Positions 1 to 9,755 are shown, counted from the first letter of the stretch. The stretch is DNA of 64,000 bases from Candidatus Pacearchaeota archaeon (GCA_038885615.1 JAVZZP010000001.1:119191-183190), one strand, 5' to 3'. The notes: generated from the sequence alone by a model not told the origin. Translations and numbers: made by a program.

Positions 1-395
1 CTTGGTTTTGTGTGATTTTTTATTTCTTCTAAAATCTTGAAAACTTTTTTCTTTGAGATAAGATGAAAAACTCCTGTCGCAATAATAATATCATAGTTTT
101 CTTTGAATTTGAATTTTTCTAAATCTGTGACAATTGCCCCTAGTTTAATTTTTCTTCTTTTTATTTCTTCTTTAATCTTTTTAATTGCTGTCTTTGAAAT
201 ATCAACACAAACAACCTCAAAACCTTTTTCAGCCAAAAACAAAGAATTTCCCCCCTCACCACAACCCAAATCCAAGACTTTTCCTGATTTTTTGTGCTTT
301 AAAATTTCATTAATAACTTCTTCGTCTTTGTCGAAGTAAAACTTGAAGTTCTTTTTTGAATAAATTTTTTCGAAGAAAAATTTATCTTGCGGTAT
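1..395 (-). CDS. Class I SAM-dependent methyltransferase (TehB-like); runs off the window edge, not in the ORF track
   Basis: Manual minus-strand translation gives ...KVLDLGCGEGGNSLFLAEKGFEVVCVDIS...YDIIIATGVFH (SAM motif I and post-motifs). Start uncertain: no ATG near the start; ATA at 395, GTG 440 or TTG 434 are possible. Confidence 0.8.
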   Translation of the reverse strand, partial: MPQDKFFFEKIYSKKNFKFYFDKDEEVINEILKHKKSGKVLDLGCGEGGNSLFLAEKGFEVVCVDISKTAIKKIKEEIKRRKIKLGAIVTDLEKFKFKENYDIIIATGVFHLISKKKVFKILEEIKNHTKP

Positions 396-396
396 T

Positions 397-1110
397 TTAT
401 TTTTTTTTGAACATACCTCTAAATGCCTCCGCAATAACACCGAAAAACTTGTTTTTTTCTTCTAATTCTCCTAGAATTTGTCTTCTGTATTGTTCATCTT
501 TCATTTTTAATACTACGGTTTTTAAACTAGAAAAAAACCTAGAAAAAATCATTGAAAACAAAATTATCACGCCTACGGAGATTAAGTACCAAATCCATCC
601 CCATATTTCTTGCCTGTAAAAAATAAACTTAAAAAGAAGTTCTGAAATTTTGTCGAAAAATTGAATTTGTGCTAAAATTATTGTAATTCCTAAAGAAATT
701 ATTAAAGAAGTGCTATTTCCAAAAGTTGAAAATGTTGAAAGAATTTTATAAAACTGGTTCCAAAAATAAAACCATAAAATTATGAGAAATAAAAGAGTTA
801 AAGACAAAGAATAATCTTTTCCAAAAAGAACAACAAAAACAATGTTTCCTTTTTTAAAAATTCCATCGAGAAATGCAATTCCTTTATTTTTTAATAGAAT
901 CTCCCGCCAGTTTTTGCTTAAAATTTCCCATTTGTAGTCTTCTTTTGTCATTCTTTCAAGGTTTTTCTGTGTTTCTTCGAGCTTTTTTCCTCCGCTTTCT
1001 ATTTGTTTTCCCAAGTCATCTATATTAGCGGAAAAAACAGAAGATAAATTTCCAACTAGAAGGAAAAGAATTATGAAGATAAAAGCCGTTTTAAATAATT
1101 TTTCTTTCAT
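397..1110 (-). CDS. Multi-pass membrane protein, paralog of the neighbouring FxTF-motif membrane proteins
   Basis: Hydrophobic helices and ILSTFSTFGNSTSLIISLGI motif. Likely start is ATG at 1110 (MKEKLF) rather than 1176. Confidence 0.6.
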   Translation of the reverse strand: MKEKLFKTAFIFIILFLLVGNLSSVFSANIDDLGKQIESGGKKLEETQKNLERMTKEDYKWEILSKNWREILLKNKGIAFLDGIFKKGNIVFVVLFGKDYSLSLTLLFLIILWFYFWNQFYKILSTFSTFGNSTSLIISLGITIILAQIQFFDKISELLFKFIFYRQEIWGWIWYLISVGVIILFSMIFSRFFSSLKTVVLKMKDEQYRRQILGELEEKNKFFGVIAEAFRGMFKKK

Positions 1111-1356
1111 TTTTTCCTTGCCCGATGAGAGATTATTATCTGCTAATCCAAAAAAGGTTACAATTTTGATTTCCATTTATCAGGATTTTCACGAACATAA
1201 GTTGCCCATCTAACAAGTTCTTCTTCATGTGATTTGTCTCTTTCAACCATCTTTTCTATACTTTCTTATTTTTTCTTTTATTTTGTTAATTTTTTCTTCC
1301 GATATCTTTCCTTCATAAATTATCCTTAAATGTTTTGCGTCTTCTAGGTCTTTTTA
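1107..1356 (-). pseudogene. Decayed remnants of two small genes
   Basis: Reads KDLEDAKHLRIIYEGKISEEKINKIKEKIRKYRKDG*, then MVERDKSHEEELVRWATYVRENPDKWKSKL*PFLD*QII: protein-like sequence with no start or with internal stops. Confidence 0.45.
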
Positions 1357-1414
1357 ACTATTTTTTCATAAAAAATAAAAGAAAAAGAGGTTTTTATGCT
1401 TTTTGAAAAAATTT

Positions 1415-2053
1415 TTAATGAACCCCTTTGCTTAAGTCCGCACCCATCTCAGCAAGAGCTTTTGCAGCGGCTCCTGCTTCTAGTAGTTTTCCTCTAATTC
1501 CTATTTCTTCCTGCATTAATTTTCTTCTAAGAACAAACTCCTTAAATTTGGGAAGAAAAGCTCCAAGGCCAAGCTCAACTAACAAGAAAATGATGAAACT
1601 TGCTGCCAGTCCTAAATAAACTGCAGCTGCCCCAAAACTAACAAATAAATGAGTAACCTTCCCTACAAGTTTTCCGTAGGCTCCGGACATACCACCAATA
1701 ACTGCTAAACAAAAAGCGATTATCCAAGCGATGGTTGAATTAAATGTAGAGAAAGTTTCAATAATGTCTCCAAAAGTGACAAAAATAATCAGCCATATCA
1801 TTAAGAAAATTGTTGTAAAAGCATAAGTTGTAAACTCAATCCCACCAAAAACAGAGATTTTTTCTCCATCCTTAATTCCAAAACCAAAAATATATTCTCC
1901 TACTGCTTTTGAAGCTTCACCAATCCAAGAAACATCTTTTCCAAAAATTGTTCCTTTTTGAGCAATCGCTCCTCCAAAAAGTGATATTATAAAAAGAAAT
2001 CCAACAATTGTAAAAAGCCATTGCTTTCCCCGACTTTCTGCCATAAATATCAA
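1415..2053 (-). CDS. Multi-pass membrane protein (FGDI..TFxTF family)
   Basis: Several TM helices; IWLIIFVTFGDIIETFSTF motif shared with 2173-2835. Confidence 0.65.
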   Translation of the reverse strand: MIFMAESRGKQWLFTIVGFLFIISLFGGAIAQKGTIFGKDVSWIGEASKAVGEYIFGFGIKDGEKISVFGGIEFTTYAFTTIFLMIWLIIFVTFGDIIETFSTFNSTIAWIIAFCLAVIGGMSGAYGKLVGKVTHLFVSFGAAAVYLGLAASFIIFLLVELGLGAFLPKFKEFVLRRKLMQEEIGIRGKLLEAGAAAKALAEMGADLSKGVH

Positions 2054-2122
2054 AGAAAAAAAGAGTTTATAAAGGTTTATCTAGAAAGGTTTATTTTATT
2101 TATTGTTGTAAACTCAGAAAAA

Positions 2123-2142
2123 CCAGGAGAGTATCCCCCCGG
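2123..2142 (-). terminator. GC-rich hairpin followed by a U-run, downstream of 2173-2835
   Basis: Minus strand CCGGGGGG-ATAC-TCTCCTGG-TTTT: 8-bp stem with three G-U pairs that form only on this strand. Confidence 0.4.
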
Positions 2143-2172
2143 ATTAAAAATATAAAAAAAATAAAAAATAGA

Positions 2173-2835
2173 TTAAGAGTTTCTTCTACTATTTTCCCCT
2201 GCACTCTCTGTTTCTTCACCCATTGCGGCAGCAGCTCTCATACCGGTCCGAATTCTATCAATTCCTAAAGATCTCTTGTACATTAATCTTCTTGCTCTTT
2301 GCCAATTTGCTACTCTTTTCAAACCGAATTGGAGAAGAAGGAATACGATAAAAGGAATAGCTAAAGCTACAGAAACAGAAAAAACACCAAGAGTAGCGGT
2401 AAACATAAAAGACCATGCAGCAATAAGCATTACTAAATTCAAATTAGCCGCTATAATTGCAAGAATTGTACCTACTGTCCAACCAATCCATTTTTCAGAG
2501 AAAGTACCAAAAGCAGCAACAATATCCCCAAAAGTTAATAAAAGAATTAACCAAATTGCAAGAACAATTATTACAGCACTTATCGCATTGGTCTTATCAA
2601 CTAAAAATTGGGGTACTTTTCCAGTAAAAAAGCTAACCCAATTAAAAGATGGCTGGTTTATCGCTTCACCTATTGAAACAGCAGGTTCTATACTTATCTT
2701 AATTTCTCCCTTTAAAGTAGGATTATTTTTAAAATAACTAACCGTACCTATCGTAGCTCCAATAATTATTAATCCTAAAAGAACCCAAACTGCTGGATGT
2801 ACTGCTCCTTTATTATTCATCTTATTTTTCTTCAA
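2173..2835 (-). CDS. Multi-pass membrane protein with possible class III signal peptide (NNKG|AVHP)
   Basis: Basic N-terminus ending KG, then a hydrophobic helix; IWLILLLTFGDIVAAFGTF motif. Confidence 0.65.
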   Translation of the reverse strand: MKKNKMNNKGAVHPAVWVLLGLIIIGATIGTVSYFKNNPTLKGEIKISIEPAVSIGEAINQPSFNWVSFFTGKVPQFLVDKTNAISAVIIVLAIWLILLLTFGDIVAAFGTFSEKWIGWTVGTILAIIAANLNLVMLIAAWSFMFTATLGVFSVSVALAIPFIVFLLLQFGLKRVANWQRARRLMYKRSLGIDRIRTGMRAAAAMGEETESAGENSRRNS

Positions 2836-2994
2836 CCTCCTTTCACTGACGTCTAAAAAATTTATTTGACATGTTTTTTAAAGAAAAAGAGGTTTAAAAA
2901 GATTTTTGTTTTAAAAAGATAAATACTCTAATATAATCATAAAAAAAACCATATTAAATTTAAAGCACAGAATGACTGTTACCCTTAATATGTC

Positions 2995-3564
2995 TTATTT
3001 TTTATTTTTTAAAAACCCAAAACCCAATCCTAAAAACGCCAATAAAAAAAATCCGCCAGGCGAAACCAAAAATTCATAATAATCTCTCCATTGCCAAGGC
3101 AATCTCCAAAAAACATCTTCTATAACTCCTGGAAAAATAAATTTCAAAACAGCCCAAACAATTATTCCAAAAAGAGGTCCTGCTACTAGTGAGCTAAAAG
3201 ATTTTTCCATAGCAACATAAAAAGGAAATGTAAGCAAAATAAAAACAACTATAGAAAAAATAAGAACTGCTAAAACTGTTCCTGCACCAAGATATGCTTT
3301 AAGATAATCGCTTTGTGTAAAAGCAAAAGAAATCAAAAGAGAAATACAAAGAGAGATGACTATTACAGGTCCTTTTGCGGTGTTTTCATTTTTTATTCCT
3401 AAAAGTACTTCTCTTAAGCTCTGTTCTTTCTTTCTAAAAAAGAAGTTTGACAAAGCAAGATAACACATAGCAAAAGAAATTAAAAAAACAATAACAAATA
3501 AAGACCATTCGTTTTCTAACAAATCTTTGGGCGAATTAATGTAATATCTCCAAGAGTACATCAC
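2995..3564 (-). CDS. Multi-pass membrane protein, hypothetical
   Basis: About 5 hydrophobic segments; 4-nt start/stop overlap with the upstream gene. Confidence 0.6.
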   Translation of the reverse strand: MMYSWRYYINSPKDLLENEWSLFVIVFLISFAMCYLALSNFFFRKKEQSLREVLLGIKNENTAKGPVIVISLCISLLISFAFTQSDYLKAYLGAGTVLAVLIFSIVVFILLTFPFYVAMEKSFSSLVAGPLFGIIVWAVLKFIFPGVIEDVFWRLPWQWRDYYEFLVSPGGFFLLAFLGLGFGFLKNKK

Positions 3565-3827
3565 TGCCTCCTATAACCAACTATCTTATTGCCGTGATAA
3601 ATAGGAACTTCACTCGGATTTGAAGATTGACCAGATTTCATTGAAACTATAAGAATTAATATTCCGACAATTATTAGTCCTAATCCTAAATAAATTGAAT
3701 ACTTTGGAAAATTCTCTTTTGGTATAAACTTTAAAACAGAAGAAATTTTCTCTGACATCTGTGGAATTCTAGAAGAAACTAATACTAAAACTCCCAACAA
3801 AGATGCAATATAACCAAATATTTTCAT
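3561..3827 (-). CDS. Small 2-TM membrane protein with C-terminal EVPIYxGxKIVGYRR motif
   Basis: Two hydrophobic helices; SD-like GAGGTGA just upstream of the ATG. Confidence 0.65.
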   Translation of the reverse strand: MKIFGYIASLLGVLVLVSSRIPQMSEKISSVLKFIPKENFPKYSIYLGLGLIIVGILILIVSMKSGQSSNPSEVPIYHGNKIVGYRRQ

Positions 3828-3875
3828 TTTTCACCTCAGGAATAATTAGAAAAAAGAGTTTTTAAATTAAATTAA

Positions 3876-4067
3876 AGCCACCTCCGAGGATCGAACTCGG
3901 GACCTTTACCTTTTTGGTTGGAAAGACAAGTCTCCTCTTTTTTAGAGGAAGAGAGCACGACAAAGATATACTTGTCGCTATTGTAGTTTCTTCTCTCCAA
4001 GGTCTCTTCTTTTTTAAAGAAGAGAGCTTTACCAAGGTAACGCTCTAACCAACTGAGCTAAGGCGGC
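3876..4067 (-). tRNA. tRNA-Thr(GGT) with a 118-nt intron at canonical position 37/38 (intron 3912-4029)
   Basis: Acceptor GCCGCCT/AGGTGGC, D-arm TAGCTCAGTTGGTTAGAGC, anticodon stem TTACC/GGTAA, T-arm CCGAG-TTCGATC-CTCGG, U73. Positions 32-35 (TTGG) pair with intron CCAA, followed by a 3-nt bulge. Confidence 0.9.
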
Positions 4068-4103
4068 CTAAAATAAAGAAAAGAAAAGATTTTATAAATT
4101 TAA

Positions 4104-4646
4104 TCACGAAGCTAATGCTAACAAAGAAGAATCTTTTTCTCTTATTTTTCTAGTATTCTCTTCTATAATTGAAGAATAATCTACACCGCTTATTTCTTTA
4201 GCTTCAAACAACAACCATTCAAGAGCTTCTCTATAATGAGGATTTCTTTGAACCTTCTCTTTGTCTATGCCGCAGCATTCTGGATGCTCCAACAAAAAAT
4301 AAAGACGGAAATCCTTGCTTATATGATTTCTTTCTAATTCATCTAATTCTTCATCAGGAGTTAAACTTCTACCTAAAACCCAACTTCTTAAAGAATAAGC
4401 TTTTCTAAATCTTTTGTTTTGTTCATTCATATATAACTTATAATTCAATCTAAAATCAACTACTCTCGCAAAATCATAATAGCTAATAGGATCTCCTTTA
4501 AAAAAAGTATTCTGAAAACACCTCAATAAACATTCAATCCATCTAGGATCTCCGCTCTCGTCAAGAACCCTTATTAAATCAGGTGTTAAAGGCTCACCTC
4601 TTCTAAAAGCATCTATTGTTGCTTGGTCCAAAAAAAAAGTGACCAT
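4104..4646 (-). CDS. Hypothetical protein
   Basis: 180-aa ORF, TATA-like element upstream, no recognisable motif. Confidence 0.5.
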   Translation of the reverse strand: MVTFFLDQATIDAFRRGEPLTPDLIRVLDESGDPRWIECLLRCFQNTFFKGDPISYYDFARVVDFRLNYKLYMNEQNKRFRKAYSLRSWVLGRSLTPDEELDELERNHISKDFRLYFLLEHPECCGIDKEKVQRNPHYREALEWLLFEAKEISGVDYSSIIEENTRKIREKDSSLLALAS

Positions 4647-4687
4647 CCTAAAAATATAAGAAAATATAACTATATAAAACTTTCTTT

Positions 4688-5971
4688 TTATGGGGTTAGT
4701 CTATCCCTATCTCTTGGAAACATTGTTGCCTCTTTAATATTATCTAGGCCACAAATAACTTGCGTTAATCTTTCAATACCAATTGCCCATCCTGCATGCG
4801 GTGGAGCCCCATATCTAAAAGAATTAATGTAACTCTCAAAATTTTTGGGATTTAGACCTTTTTTCTTTATCATTTCTTCCAATAATTTAGGAATATGAAT
4901 ACGCTGTCCTCCAGAAGATATTTCAACCCCTAAATAAAGAGCATCAAAACCATAACTCTCTTTTGATTCGGAATTTTCATCTTTTGGCATAATATAAAAA
5001 GGCTTAATTTTTGTTGGCCAAGAATGAGTAAAAACAATATCTCCCGAATACATTTCGCAAAGCTTTTTTTCCTGCTCTGGAGAGAAATCATCTCCAATTT
5101 TTCCACCGACTTTTTTTATTGCTTCTTCATAATGCAAATAAACACCTTTAGGAACTTTAAGATTTTTAACACTTAAAATTTCAAGTTCTTTTTTGCAATT
5201 TTTTAGAACATTTTCAACAACATATTGAACAGATTCTTCCAGAAGTTTCATAATTGAAAACTGATCGTGAAAAGCCGCCTCAACATCAATCATTCTTATT
5301 TCGTTTATGTGTCTTGTAGTATTATGTTTTTCTGCTCTCCAAGCAGGTCCGATAGAAAAAGTTTTTTCCATTGAGCAAGCAAGCATTTGTTTATAAAGCT
5401 GGGGACTTTGTGCTAAATAAGCTTTTTTCTCAAAGTATTGTACTGAAAAAAGTTCTGTTCCTCCCTCGCTAGCCGCTGAGATTATATAGGGGGGTTGAAT
5501 TTCAATAAATTTTTTTTGATAAAAAAATTCCCTAAAAGCGTGACAAATTTCTGTTTGTATTTTAAAAATTGCCTGAATTTTCTCCCTATGAAAATCTAGA
5601 AATCTGTTGTCTAATCTTATAGGCAAATCAGTTTTTGAATAATCTGAAACATCAATAGGCAAGGGATTTTCTGCTTCTGCTAAGATTTTTAAACTTGTTG
5701 GGTTTATTTCTTTTCCTCCTGGAGCTTGTTTAGAATCCTTGATAACTCCTTCAATTTCCACAACCGATTCTCTGTTGATTTTGTCCATCAAAGAAAAAAT
5801 GTCTTTTTCTGTTTCTTTTTCTATACCTACAATTTGAATTCTTCCCGTAATATCTCTTAAAATAATAAATCTAACTTTTTTCAGATCCCTCTTATCATAA
5901 ACCCAACCCTTAACCAAAACTTTTTCTCCTTCTTTCTTTCTAAAAACATCTTCTATATAAGTTCTTTCCAT
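4688..5971 (-). CDS. aspS: Aspartyl-tRNA synthetase, archaeal type, probably non-discriminating
   Basis: OB fold (RFIILRDITGRIQ), YLAQSPQLYKQ, WRAE motif 2, EISSGGQR, GAPPHAGWAIGIER motif 3. Pro in the KQAPGG loop is typical of ND-AspRS. Confidence 0.93.
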   Translation of the reverse strand: MERTYIEDVFRKKEGEKVLVKGWVYDKRDLKKVRFIILRDITGRIQIVGIEKETEKDIFSLMDKINRESVVEIEGVIKDSKQAPGGKEINPTSLKILAEAENPLPIDVSDYSKTDLPIRLDNRFLDFHREKIQAIFKIQTEICHAFREFFYQKKFIEIQPPYIISAASEGGTELFSVQYFEKKAYLAQSPQLYKQMLACSMEKTFSIGPAWRAEKHNTTRHINEIRMIDVEAAFHDQFSIMKLLEESVQYVVENVLKNCKKELEILSVKNLKVPKGVYLHYEEAIKKVGGKIGDDFSPEQEKKLCEMYSGDIVFTHSWPTKIKPFYIMPKDENSESKESYGFDALYLGVEISSGGQRIHIPKLLEEMIKKKGLNPKNFESYINSFRYGAPPHAGWAIGIERLTQVICGLDNIKEATMFPRDRDRLTP

Positions 5972-6075
5972 AAAAAACAAACTAAAAGAAGTTTTATAAG
6001 GTTTTTTATTTTATAGATAAATTTAAAAATAGTATTAACTTCAAAGTTACTACAAATAAAAAATATAAACGCAAG

Positions 6076-7155
6076 ATGCCTGTTGATTTAAGAACGAGAA
6101 AACTTGCTCAGTTTGCTGTAAGAGAATGTGTAAAAGTTAGGCCAGGTTACAAAGTAATAATTTCTGGCGGAAGCGAAGCAATTCCTTTTTTGGTAGAACT
6201 TTACAAAGAGATAATTCTACAAAAAGCAATACCTATTGTGAAAGTTGGTTTGCCTGATGTAAATGACTTTTTCTATAAATATGCGACAGAAGAACAATTA
6301 GAGCATTTTCCTCAATATTGGTTTGATACAGTAAAACAAGCTCAATGTTATATTGGCATAGACACTGAAGGAAACACCAGGGAATTGACAAATTGTGACT
6401 CTAAAAAAATTGCTTTGCGAGGAAAAGTTTTGCATCCTATATCTGACTATATATGCAATGAAAAAGATAAAATAAAGAGAACAACAATTGCTTATCCTTG
6501 TTTGGCCTTAGCGCAAGAGGCAAATATGTCTCTTACGGAATATGAAAACTTTGTCTATGGTGCTACTGTAGGTGTTAACTGGAGAGCTTTATCTAGAATA
6601 ATGAAAAAAATTTTGTCAAAGTTTAAGGAAGGAAGTAAAATTCATTTAATTGGAAAAAATGTTGACCTAAAATTTAAAGTACATGGTTCAAAAGCAAAAG
6701 ACGACCTGGATTTTGACAATATGCCGGCAGGAGAAATTTTTATGGCGCCTTTCAGAGAGAGTTTGGAGGGTTGGATAAAATTTGAATATCCCTCAATAAG
6801 AAGTGGAAAAGAAGTCAAAGACATCTTTTTAAGATTCAAAAACGGGAAGGTTGTCGAAGCAAAGGCATCAACTAATGAAGATTTTTTAAAAGAAATGTTA
6901 AAAACAGACGAAAATGCCTCTTATGTTGGAGAGTTTGGTATTGGTTGCAATCCTAAAATAAGTATCTATACAAATAATCTTCTTTTTGACGAAAAAATTT
7001 CCGGGACAATTCATTTAGCATTGGGAATGGCTTACAAAGATAACGGCGGCGGTAACGATTCGGCAATACACTGGGACATTGTTAAGGATATGAAAAAAGC
7101 AAGAATTATTGTTGATGGAAAGACCATACAAGAAAAAGGAAAGTGGGTTTTCTAA
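6076..7155 (+). CDS. Aminopeptidase, peptidase M29 (AmpS/AmpT family)
   Basis: NMPAGEIF, GEFGIG, LFDEKISGTIHLALG, NDSAIHWD motifs. Confidence 0.9.
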   Translation: MPVDLRTRKLAQFAVRECVKVRPGYKVIISGGSEAIPFLVELYKEIILQKAIPIVKVGLPDVNDFFYKYATEEQLEHFPQYWFDTVKQAQCYIGIDTEGNTRELTNCDSKKIALRGKVLHPISDYICNEKDKIKRTTIAYPCLALAQEANMSLTEYENFVYGATVGVNWRALSRIMKKILSKFKEGSKIHLIGKNVDLKFKVHGSKAKDDLDFDNMPAGEIFMAPFRESLEGWIKFEYPSIRSGKEVKDIFLRFKNGKVVEAKASTNEDFLKEMLKTDENASYVGEFGIGCNPKISIYTNNLLFDEKISGTIHLALGMAYKDNGGGNDSAIHWDIVKDMKKARIIVDGKTIQEKGKWVF

Positions 7156-7193
7156 AACAAAGATATAAAAAACCTTTTTTTACTTATTCTTTT

Positions 7194-8558
7194 ATGCTTG
7201 AAAAAATTTCAAATGCAATAACTAACTCTATAAAGAAAGTAACAAACGCTATTTTTGTAGACAAAAAACTAATCGACTCAATTATAAAAGATTTACAAAG
7301 AGCGCTTATAGAATCAGACGTTAATGTACAGCAAGTTCTAGAAATAACAAAAAAAATAAGAGAAATTGCAATAAATGAAAAAATAAGAGACATAGACAAA
7401 AAAGAGCAAATTATTTCTTTGATACATAAAAGCTTAAGAGAAATTGTTGGTGAGGGAAAACAAATCCAGCTTGGAAGAAAAACTAAAATTCTTCTTCTTG
7501 GGATTTATGGTTCTGGGAAGACAACAACGATAGCGAAACTTGGTTTTTATTATGCAAAAAGAGGTAAGAAGGTTTGCGCTCTTGGTTTAGATACTCAAAG
7601 ACCTGCTGCAATGGATCAATTGGAGCAAATGTGTGAAAAAGCAAAAATAAAGTGTTTTATCGACAAAAAAGAAAAAGATCCTATAAAGATTTACAAAAAT
7701 TTTCAAAAAGAAATTGAAGAATATGAGTTGGTTTTAATTGATAGTGCCGGAAGAGATGCTTTAAACAAAGAACTTATAGATGAAATAAAAAAAATAGAAA
7801 AAAATCTTAAACCGGATTACAGGATTCTAGTTATATCAGCAGACATAGGACAGGCGGCAAAAAAACAAGCTTCCGAGTTCAAAAATGCTCTCTCTATAGA
7901 TGGAGTTATTATAACAAAAATGGATGGCACTGCAAAGGCAGGTGGAGCAATAACTGCTTGTGCTGAAACAAAAGCCCCAATTTTTTTTATTGGTAGTGGA
8001 GAAAAGATTCATGACTTAGAAAGTTTTGATCCCGACTCTTTTATTTCAAGAGTGTTAGGGATGGGTGACTTAAAAGCCCTCTTGGAAAAAGTACAAACGG
8101 CTATCGACGAAAAACAACAAAAAAGAATTGAAGAAAAATTAAAGGAAGGAAAACTAACTCTTGAAGATTTCTATGAACAAATAGAATCAATGAATAAGGT
8201 TGGCAGTTTTGATAAACTAATTTCTATGATTCCTGGTTTTGGTCAGGCAAAAGTTCCAAAAGAAATGTTAGAAAAACAAGAAGAAAAACTAAGAAGATGG
8301 AAATATGCAATTCAGTCAATGACGAAAGAAGAAAAAGAAAATCCGGAACTTTTCGAAAAACAAACTTCTAGAATATCGAGAGTTGCAAAGGGGGCAGGAA
8401 TTACAACTTCAGAAGTGAGAGAATTGCTAAAGCAGTATAAATTAATGAACGATTTAATAAAATCACAAAGTTCTTTGGAAGGAATTCAGGAAGGAAAATT
8501 AGATAAAAAAACTATGATGAAAATCGCAAAAAAGTTTAAAGGAAAGATAAAACTATGA
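7194..8558 (+). CDS. srp54: Signal recognition particle protein SRP54
   Basis: GIYGSGKTTT, DSAGR and TKMDG GTPase motifs; M domain (MIPG, SRISRVAKGAG). Start placed at ATG 7194. Confidence 0.95.
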   Translation: MLEKISNAITNSIKKVTNAIFVDKKLIDSIIKDLQRALIESDVNVQQVLEITKKIREIAINEKIRDIDKKEQIISLIHKSLREIVGEGKQIQLGRKTKILLLGIYGSGKTTTIAKLGFYYAKRGKKVCALGLDTQRPAAMDQLEQMCEKAKIKCFIDKKEKDPIKIYKNFQKEIEEYELVLIDSAGRDALNKELIDEIKKIEKNLKPDYRILVISADIGQAAKKQASEFKNALSIDGVIITKMDGTAKAGGAITACAETKAPIFFIGSGEKIHDLESFDPDSFISRVLGMGDLKALLEKVQTAIDEKQQKRIEEKLKEGKLTLEDFYEQIESMNKVGSFDKLISMIPGFGQAKVPKEMLEKQEEKLRRWKYAIQSMTKEEKENPELFEKQTSRISRVAKGAGITTSEVRELLKQYKLMNDLIKSQSSLEGIQEGKLDKKTMMKIAKKFKGKIKL

Positions 8559-9316
8559 GAATAGTCATAAAAATAGGTAGTTCTTTAACAAAAAAAGATG
8601 GAACTTTCAACGACGAATTAATAAAAAAAAGAGTGGAAGAAATTTCAGCAATAAATAAAGAAAAAGAGATAATTCTAGTAAGCTCTGTGGCAATAGCATG
8701 CGGGATGGAAATAGAAAGTTTAAAAGAACGCCCTAAAGATAGCTTTAATTTGCAAATTCTTTCTGGCGAAGGACAAGTTTTACTGATGAAAAAATATTAC
8801 GAGTTTTTTTCTGAAAAAAATGTTAAGATAGCCCAGGTCTTATTAACACACCATAATTTTTCAAAAAAAGAAGAAAAAGAAACAATAAAAAAAATTCTTG
8901 AAGAATTTATGGAGAGAAAAATAATTCAGATAATAAATGAAAATGATATGGTTTCAAAAGAAGAAATAGAATACAAAAAAATATTTACAGATAATGATAT
9001 TTTGGCTGCTTTAGTTTCTTTGCTTGTAAAAGCCGACTTGCTTATTATTTTAACAGATGTTGACGGATTGTATACAAAAAATCCTAAAGAAGATGGTGCT
9101 GTTTTAATAAAAAAAATAACAAAAATAACAAAAGAAATTAAAAAAATGGCAAGAGGTGAAACAAACTCTTATGGAACAGGTGGAATGTACTCAAAAATAA
9201 TTGCTAGCGAAATGCTTTTAAAAAAAGGAATTTCGACTATAATTGCAAATGGAAATTATTCTCTTATTGACATTTTAGAAAATAAAGTTAAAAGAACAAC
9301 AATAGAACATGAATAA
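8555..9316 (+). CDS. proB: Glutamate 5-kinase, no PUA domain
   Basis: VIKIGSS, INEND, DNDILA, LTDVDGLY, GTGGMYSK. Confidence 0.88.
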   Translation: MRIVIKIGSSLTKKDGTFNDELIKKRVEEISAINKEKEIILVSSVAIACGMEIESLKERPKDSFNLQILSGEGQVLLMKKYYEFFSEKNVKIAQVLLTHHNFSKKEEKETIKKILEEFMERKIIQIINENDMVSKEEIEYKKIFTDNDILAALVSLLVKADLLIILTDVDGLYTKNPKEDGAVLIKKITKITKEIKKMARGETNSYGTGGMYSKIIASEMLLKKGISTIIANGNYSLIDILENKVKRTTIEHE

Positions 9317-9755
9317 AAAATTGATAGTGAATTTACTTGTAGTTTTATTTTTTTTAGTTTCTTTTATTTTATCAATAAATATGAATTTAAACAAACCGGA
9401 AGAGGTTTGCTCTATTAAAACATGCGATATTGTAAGAAACTCCCAATATTCTAAGATTTTTGGCCTTGAACTGACTTTGATTGGGATGTTTGTATTTTCA
9501 ATTATGATTTTTCTTGTAATTCTCTCTTATTATAGCAAAAAAATATTTACATTAACTAAAATATTCTCTTTTTTTATCCTAATTTTTGCATTTTATCTTA
9601 TTTATTTACAGCTTTTTGTTATAAAGGCAATATGCGATAGATGTTTAATTGTGGATATATCTTCAATAATAGCAAGCCTTTTGTTAATATTTCAAAATGG
9701 AGGAAAAAATAATTTCTCAAGGAGCAGAAGCAAAAATAAAACTAATAGAAAATAA
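9309..9755 (+). CDS. Vitamin K epoxide reductase (VKOR) family protein
   Basis: Loop Cys pair CSIKTC, SQYSKIFG, TM helices, active-site CDRC. Confidence 0.85.
   Translation: MNKKLIVNLLVVLFFLVSFILSINMNLNKPEEVCSIKTCDIVRNSQYSKIFGLELTLIGMFVFSIMIFLVILSYYSKKIFTLTKIFSFFILIFAFYLIYLQLFVIKAICDRCLIVDISSIIASLLLIFQNGGKNNFSRSRSKNKTNRK

Noticed and set aside
103..619. Plus-strand ORFs 103-339 and 356-619, and the many similar F/S/I/L-rich antisense ORFs in the track
   Set aside because: They are shadows of real genes on the opposite strand, with no motifs of their own.
4068..4646. Possible integrated element next to tRNA-Thr
   Set aside because: No integrase and no duplicated tRNA 3' end (att site) seen in the window.
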